A DNA stretch of 63,249 nucleotides, filler included. It is 9 parts of 9 records of this genome, joined end to end, with 100 filler letters (N's around TTAATTAATTAA, not from the genome) between each part and the next. Parts side by side here need not be neighbours in the genome. Positions count along the whole stretch, not along the records: positions 56,865 to 63,249 come from SRR31156797_14058; 8 more parts are not named here. One strand, 5' to 3'. Both the position numbers and the translations under genes were made by a program. The stretch's first letter is position 1. Each line of letters begins with the position of its first letter. The notes under the pieces were generated by a model. That model did not search any database. It saw only the letters and a list, made by a program, of their open reading frames with translations, and was not told the origin of the DNA. Below, piece by piece: positions 59,547 to 63,249 of the stretch.

Positions 59547-60770
59547 ATGAGGGCTCCAAAATCTTTTCGTTTGCATATTGGAATTTTTGGCCGAAGAAAT
59601 GCCGGTAAATCAAGCATTCTAAATGCTCTTACCCACCAGGATGTTTCCATTGTTTCGGAAGTTGCAGGTACCACCACCGATCCGGTAGAAAAACCAATGG
59701 AGCTCTTACCTCTCGGGCCGGTTCTTTTTATTGACACAGCAGGAATTGATGACGTTGGAGTATTAGGAGAAAAACGTATAAATAAAACACTCGCTGTTTT
59801 TGACCGAACCGACTTGGGAGTAATCGTTTCAAATTTTCAGGATTGGGGCCAATACGAAGAAATGCTGATACGTGAATTTAAGGATCGTGCAATTCCGTTT
59901 GTGGTAGTATTTAACAAGTGCGATCTATACTCCGAGGATTTCGATGTAATAAACGGTCTGGATAGCGCAAAAATTAAATTTGTACAAACTTCAGTGCTGG
60001 AAAAAAAAGGTTTATTCGAACTTCGACAACTCTTATTAAACTCTGCCCCGGCCGATTTTATTGATCGCCCCAGTATTCTTGCCGATCTTGTTGGCGAAGG
60101 CGAAGCAGCCGTTTTGGTGGTACCAATTGATAAAGAGGCTCCTAAAGGAAGATTAATACTTCCCCAGGTTCAAAGTATTCGTGACCTGCTCGACAATGAC
60201 GCATTTTGTATGGTGGTTAAAGAACGCGAATTACGCGAAGCTTTATCGAGGTTTAATAAACCGCCCAAATTGGTGGTTACCGACTCTCAGGCCTTTTTAA
60301 AAGTAGCAGCCGATACCCCTCCAAATATTCCCTTAACCTCCTTTTCCATCTTATTTGCACGTCACCAAGGCGATTTAACCGAAATGGTAAGAGGAGCACT
60401 GGCAATCGATCAGTTAAAAACCGGTGATAAAGTACTCATTGCTGAAGCGTGCTCTCATCATCCAATTGGCGAAGACATTGGAACAGTAAAAATTCCCCGC
60501 TGGCTAACTCAATACGTAGGAGGGAAATTAGAAATAGATAGTACACGTGGACACGATTTCCCTCCAAACGTTGGGGACTATAGAATAATTATTCATTGTG
60601 GTGCTTGTATGTGGAATAGAAGAGAAATGTTAAGCCGAATTATAAAAGCCCGACAGGCTGGTGTACCTATTACAAACTATGGTTTAACCATTGCATATTC
60701 TTTGGGCATTTTCGAACGGGCATTGCAACCTTTTCCTGCTGCACTCGACGTGTATAAAAATGAAATTTAA
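59547..60770 (+). CDS. hydF: [FeFe]-hydrogenase H-cluster maturation GTPase HydF
   Basis: GRRNAGKSS, GTTTDPV, DTAG, NKCD, APKGRLILPQVQ, VTDSQ, EACSHH and HCGAC Fe-S ligands. Confidence 0.97.
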   Translation: MRAPKSFRLHIGIFGRRNAGKSSILNALTHQDVSIVSEVAGTTTDPVEKPMELLPLGPVLFIDTAGIDDVGVLGEKRINKTLAVFDRTDLGVIVSNFQDWGQYEEMLIREFKDRAIPFVVVFNKCDLYSEDFDVINGLDSAKIKFVQTSVLEKKGLFELRQLLLNSAPADFIDRPSILADLVGEGEAAVLVVPIDKEAPKGRLILPQVQSIRDLLDNDAFCMVVKERELREALSRFNKPPKLVVTDSQAFLKVAADTPPNIPLTSFSILFARHQGDLTEMVRGALAIDQLKTGDKVLIAEACSHHPIGEDIGTVKIPRWLTQYVGGKLEIDSTRGHDFPPNVGDYRIIIHCGACMWNRREMLSRIIKARQAGVPITNYGLTIAYSLGIFERALQPFPAALDVYKNEI

Positions 60771-61195
60771 TCCGGATTTTCTTTTTTAAAAATACCAAAG
60801 AATAATATCCTGCCATCCTGGTCCTTTTTCAGAAGTTTAAGCTTTCGCCTGTTAAAAGCATATTGAAACTCCACTTTATTATTTGCATCTTCACGCTGGA
60901 TTAGAGTAATATAATTTCCTGAAATATCCCAGATTCCCTCGTTGTTCACTTTGTCGACTTCAGCCACCGGGAATTTACCCGCCAAAACAAACTCATTACT
61001 CCTAAGAATGGAAATTACCAGCATTTCTTTTAAAGCACTCAGGTCTTTCTCAGAAAAATGATTTAAGCCAGAAGTTCCTTCGGTGTAATATTCAAGCAAA
61101 TGCCATTTCCCTGTAATTCTCGATTTGGCCCCCTTTAACCATTCAGTTTTTCGAGCCCCCGTTATTATCCTGGAAAAGAATGTATTTGTTTTCAT
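60767..61195 (-). CDS. Hypothetical protein, lipocalin-like beta-barrel
   Basis: ITGKWHL and GIWDISGNYITL lipocalin-like motifs; convergent with hydF. Confidence 0.5.
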   Translation of the reverse strand: MKTNTFFSRIITGARKTEWLKGAKSRITGKWHLLEYYTEGTSGLNHFSEKDLSALKEMLVISILRSNEFVLAGKFPVAEVDKVNNEGIWDISGNYITLIQREDANNKVEFQYAFNRRKLKLLKKDQDGRILFFGIFKKENPD

Positions 61196-61254
61196 ACAAT
61201 AGTAAACTGAATTCTATGACTTGAGCTATTAAAAAAAGTTTAAATGGCCAGATT

Positions 61255-61329
61255 TTTTATCGAAGGAATGAAACATTTTATCGAAATATCAAGTCAAATG
61301 AACGAATTAAATAGCATATTTTCATCGAG
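61255..61329 (+). promoter_or_regulatory. Array of four ~21-bp-spaced TTyATCGAA-like direct repeats (LytTR-type sites)
   Basis: TTTTATCGAA 61255, TTTTATCGAA 61276, AATGAACGAA 61297, TTTCATCGAG 61320. Confidence 0.55.
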
Positions 61330-61389
61330 TTGCATAATTTGGTTTTTGCATTTTCGTTTTAGAAGATACTCACAGTAAAACAATTAGCC

Positions 61390-62691
61390 ATGGAAACAGA
61401 TTTTTTTCTGAAAAAATATCAGTATACCCTCGAAACAGAACTGTCCAAACATCATCAATCACAACTACAGAAAAGTCGCGACAAAGGTGAAGAAGATGGC
61501 AAACGTAATCTTCCTTCGGTTGATGATGATTTTACAACTCCTGTTGAACATGAAATCAGAAGCAAATACCAGGCTGAAGTTGAAGCTTTGTATCAGAATG
61601 GTCAACAAGTACTAAACGAATTAGAGGAAAACAACTTCAAACAGGTTGAACAGGAACTGGCAGAACTCAATGAAACACGTATAAATGAACTTATCAGGGA
61701 AGCCGAAAAACAAAAGGACAAAAACTTGGAAGAGCTAACAACAAACCATTTAGACACTGTAAAAGACATTGAAAATTCATCTCATTATCAGCTTGAGAAA
61801 AAACGTTTTGAAAAAATTAAAAACCGTTGGGACGAGGTTGCAGAAAAGCACAATCGACAGGAATTGAACATCCAGTTTAAACCATACTGGGCATACATTT
61901 TATTGATGTTTGGGATAGGAATTGCCGAATTCCCGTTAAACAACCAGGTTTTTATTTCGTTTCGTGAAACTCCACTTCTTACGCTCATTATGGCAGGAGT
62001 TTTAGTAATAACACTCCCCTTTTTGGCGCATGCTGCAGGCAAACTTTTAAAACAGGTAAAAGAACGAAGTATTTATCCATTCCTGTTTATAATTTTGTTC
62101 CTCACGGTTGGCACCATTAGCTATTTTACGGCACTTTTACGCACCGAATACCTTGGAGAACTTGGAGTTCCTGCTGAACAGCTACTGCTTGATCAGTGGA
62201 CTTTTTTCACCATTGGTATCATACTTTTCCTGGTTGGTACAGTTGCCTCATTTTTTGCCCACGACAGCAGTAACGAGTTTCATGAAGTTTATATAAAATA
62301 CCACAAAGAAGAAGGGCAGTTTTTAAAACTACAAAAATCGGTAAGCGATAAGCGCGAAACAGAAAAAGAACATTTCGATACGGAAAGGAAACATATTCAG
62401 AAGGAGCATTCCGAAAAAATCTTTGATTTAAAAAATAAACTTCAACTACTAAAAGATAAAAAATCAGAAATAACCGGTAACTATAACAAGGTACTGGCAT
62501 TTTGCCAGGGTATGGAACGTAAAATAAACAATCACTACAAAGAGGCCATATTTAATTACCGCGACACAAATCTTACCTTCCGGAACAACCATAAACAACC
62601 CAAATCATGGGGAGAACTTGTTCCCGATCTTAAGGGATATTTTATCGAGAACAGCAATCTGAATAAAAAACAAATCGGTTCTACCTGCTAA
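61390..62691 (+). CDS. Uncharacterised coiled-coil / 4-TM / coiled-coil membrane protein
   Basis: Charged heptad-rich N- and C-terminal halves around four hydrophobic segments (GIAEFPLNNQVF...). Confidence 0.8.
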   Translation: METDFFLKKYQYTLETELSKHHQSQLQKSRDKGEEDGKRNLPSVDDDFTTPVEHEIRSKYQAEVEALYQNGQQVLNELEENNFKQVEQELAELNETRINELIREAEKQKDKNLEELTTNHLDTVKDIENSSHYQLEKKRFEKIKNRWDEVAEKHNRQELNIQFKPYWAYILLMFGIGIAEFPLNNQVFISFRETPLLTLIMAGVLVITLPFLAHAAGKLLKQVKERSIYPFLFIILFLTVGTISYFTALLRTEYLGELGVPAEQLLLDQWTFFTIGIILFLVGTVASFFAHDSSNEFHEVYIKYHKEEGQFLKLQKSVSDKRETEKEHFDTERKHIQKEHSEKIFDLKNKLQLLKDKKSEITGNYNKVLAFCQGMERKINNHYKEAIFNYRDTNLTFRNNHKQPKSWGELVPDLKGYFIENSNLNKKQIGSTC

Positions 62692-62795
62692 CCTGCCCAG
62701 TTAGTTAAACAGGATATTAAAAGGTATCTTAATTACAGTACCAACAAAGGTATAATACAATCAAGAAACACTGAAAGAAATTAAAAGTCAGCAAA

Positions 62796-63249
62796 ATGAA
62801 AACAATAATATATATCGTCCCGGTCTTACTGATCCTTATTCTTTTTTCCTGTAATAGCGAAACTCCGCAAAAGACTGCAATTACAGTTTTAATTGATGTT
62901 ACCGATGAAAAGTTTAAAGACGATAATTTTACCCGAGAGAACCTTGGCAAGTTTCTGACATTAATGAAACTCAACAAAAAAGAAGGAGGATTCTCTGGAG
63001 GAGAAGTTAAAATATCGCTGATCAATGAAGTTTCCGATTCAAAATCAAGAACCATTAAAATTCCCATAGGAAGAACAGGAGTAATGGGTGAAAATCCGCT
63101 AACCCGAAGAGATCAGGTAAAAAACTTCTATTCCGAACTTGAACTCTCACTTAGCGAAGTTCTTGAAAATGCAGATTGGGGAACCTCTGCTTCCAAGATT
63201 TATCAGAAAGTTACCCGTGAATGCATCAAACTAAACAGGATAGAAGCCG
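62796..63249 (+). CDS. Putative lipoprotein with VWA-like start (runs off the window)
   Basis: Missed by the ORF track because it is open-ended: MKTIIYIVPVLLILILFSC lipobox, then AITVLIDVTD and later SKIY; open for 151 codons. Confidence 0.7.
   Translation, partial: MKTIIYIVPVLLILILFSCNSETPQKTAITVLIDVTDEKFKDDNFTRENLGKFLTLMKLNKKEGGFSGGEVKISLINEVSDSKSRTIKIPIGRTGVMGENPLTRRDQVKNFYSELELSLSEVLENADWGTSASKIYQKVTRECIKLNRIEA

Noticed and set aside
62729-63067. 112-aa minus-strand ORF
   Set aside because: Shadow of the plus-strand lipoprotein starting at 62796
1-63249. CRISPR array, integron, prophage, intact IS, or selenocysteine/pyrrolysine read-through
   Set aside because: No repeat-spacer array, integrase, transposase or phage gene recognised; the one in-frame stop seen (TAG in the kinase fragment) accompanies a frameshift and indicates decay

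Overview
This window is not one locus. It is nine unrelated contigs, probably from an anoxic-sediment metagenome, joined by eight identical 100-nt spacers (N44-TTAATTAATTAA-N44), so gene neighbourhoods are only meaningful within a contig. Taxonomic labels below are inferred from composition and protein style. (1) 1-7874, AT-rich and Arcobacteraceae-like: clpA/clpS, bioD, and a flhA-batD-HlyD adaptor-molybdopterin oxidoreductase-MFS run. (2) 7975-13952, Desulfovibrionaceae-like: PaaK-like ligase, ChaN-PDZ lipoprotein, mutM, murJ, tRNA methyltransferase and the 5' end of a tRNA. (3) 14053-21406, Desulfobacterales-like: MscS channel, lipase + MlaA pair (MlaYZ-like), RND adaptor, a deleted MipA/OmpV gene between two 36-bp palindromic repeats, and an MCP. 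(4) 21507-27469, Desulfobulbales-like: fusA paralogue, mogA, candidate sRNA, purM, DUF2065, mgtE and HtrA. (5) 27570-33757: corrinoid methyltransferase cluster (2x MtaA/UroD-like, DUF6951-like, RACE/ASKHA activator, MFS, DUF1847). (6) 33858-45591, Spirochaetales-like: LacI-controlled sugar ABC + FAD oxidoreductase operon and a Cache hybrid kinase. (7) 45692-51201: HD-GYP regulator, a scrambled kinase/carboxyltransferase pseudogene region and a 4-hydroxybutyryl-CoA dehydratase-family gene. (8) 51302-56764: sugar ABC-cutC-ROK-M81 operon. (9) 56865-63249, Bacteroidales-like: a two-component system with a Cys-rich sensor divergent from a secreted Cys/Lys-rich metallothionein-like protein, hydF, and an uncharacterised coiled-coil membrane protein + VWA-like lipoprotein pair. 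The best candidates for undescribed systems are the Cys-sensor/Cys-peptide module (56920-59485), the CutC-M81 sugar operon, the methyltransferase cluster and the coiled-coil/lipoprotein pair. No CRISPR array or intact transposase was seen. All family calls come from motif recognition by eye, without database searches.
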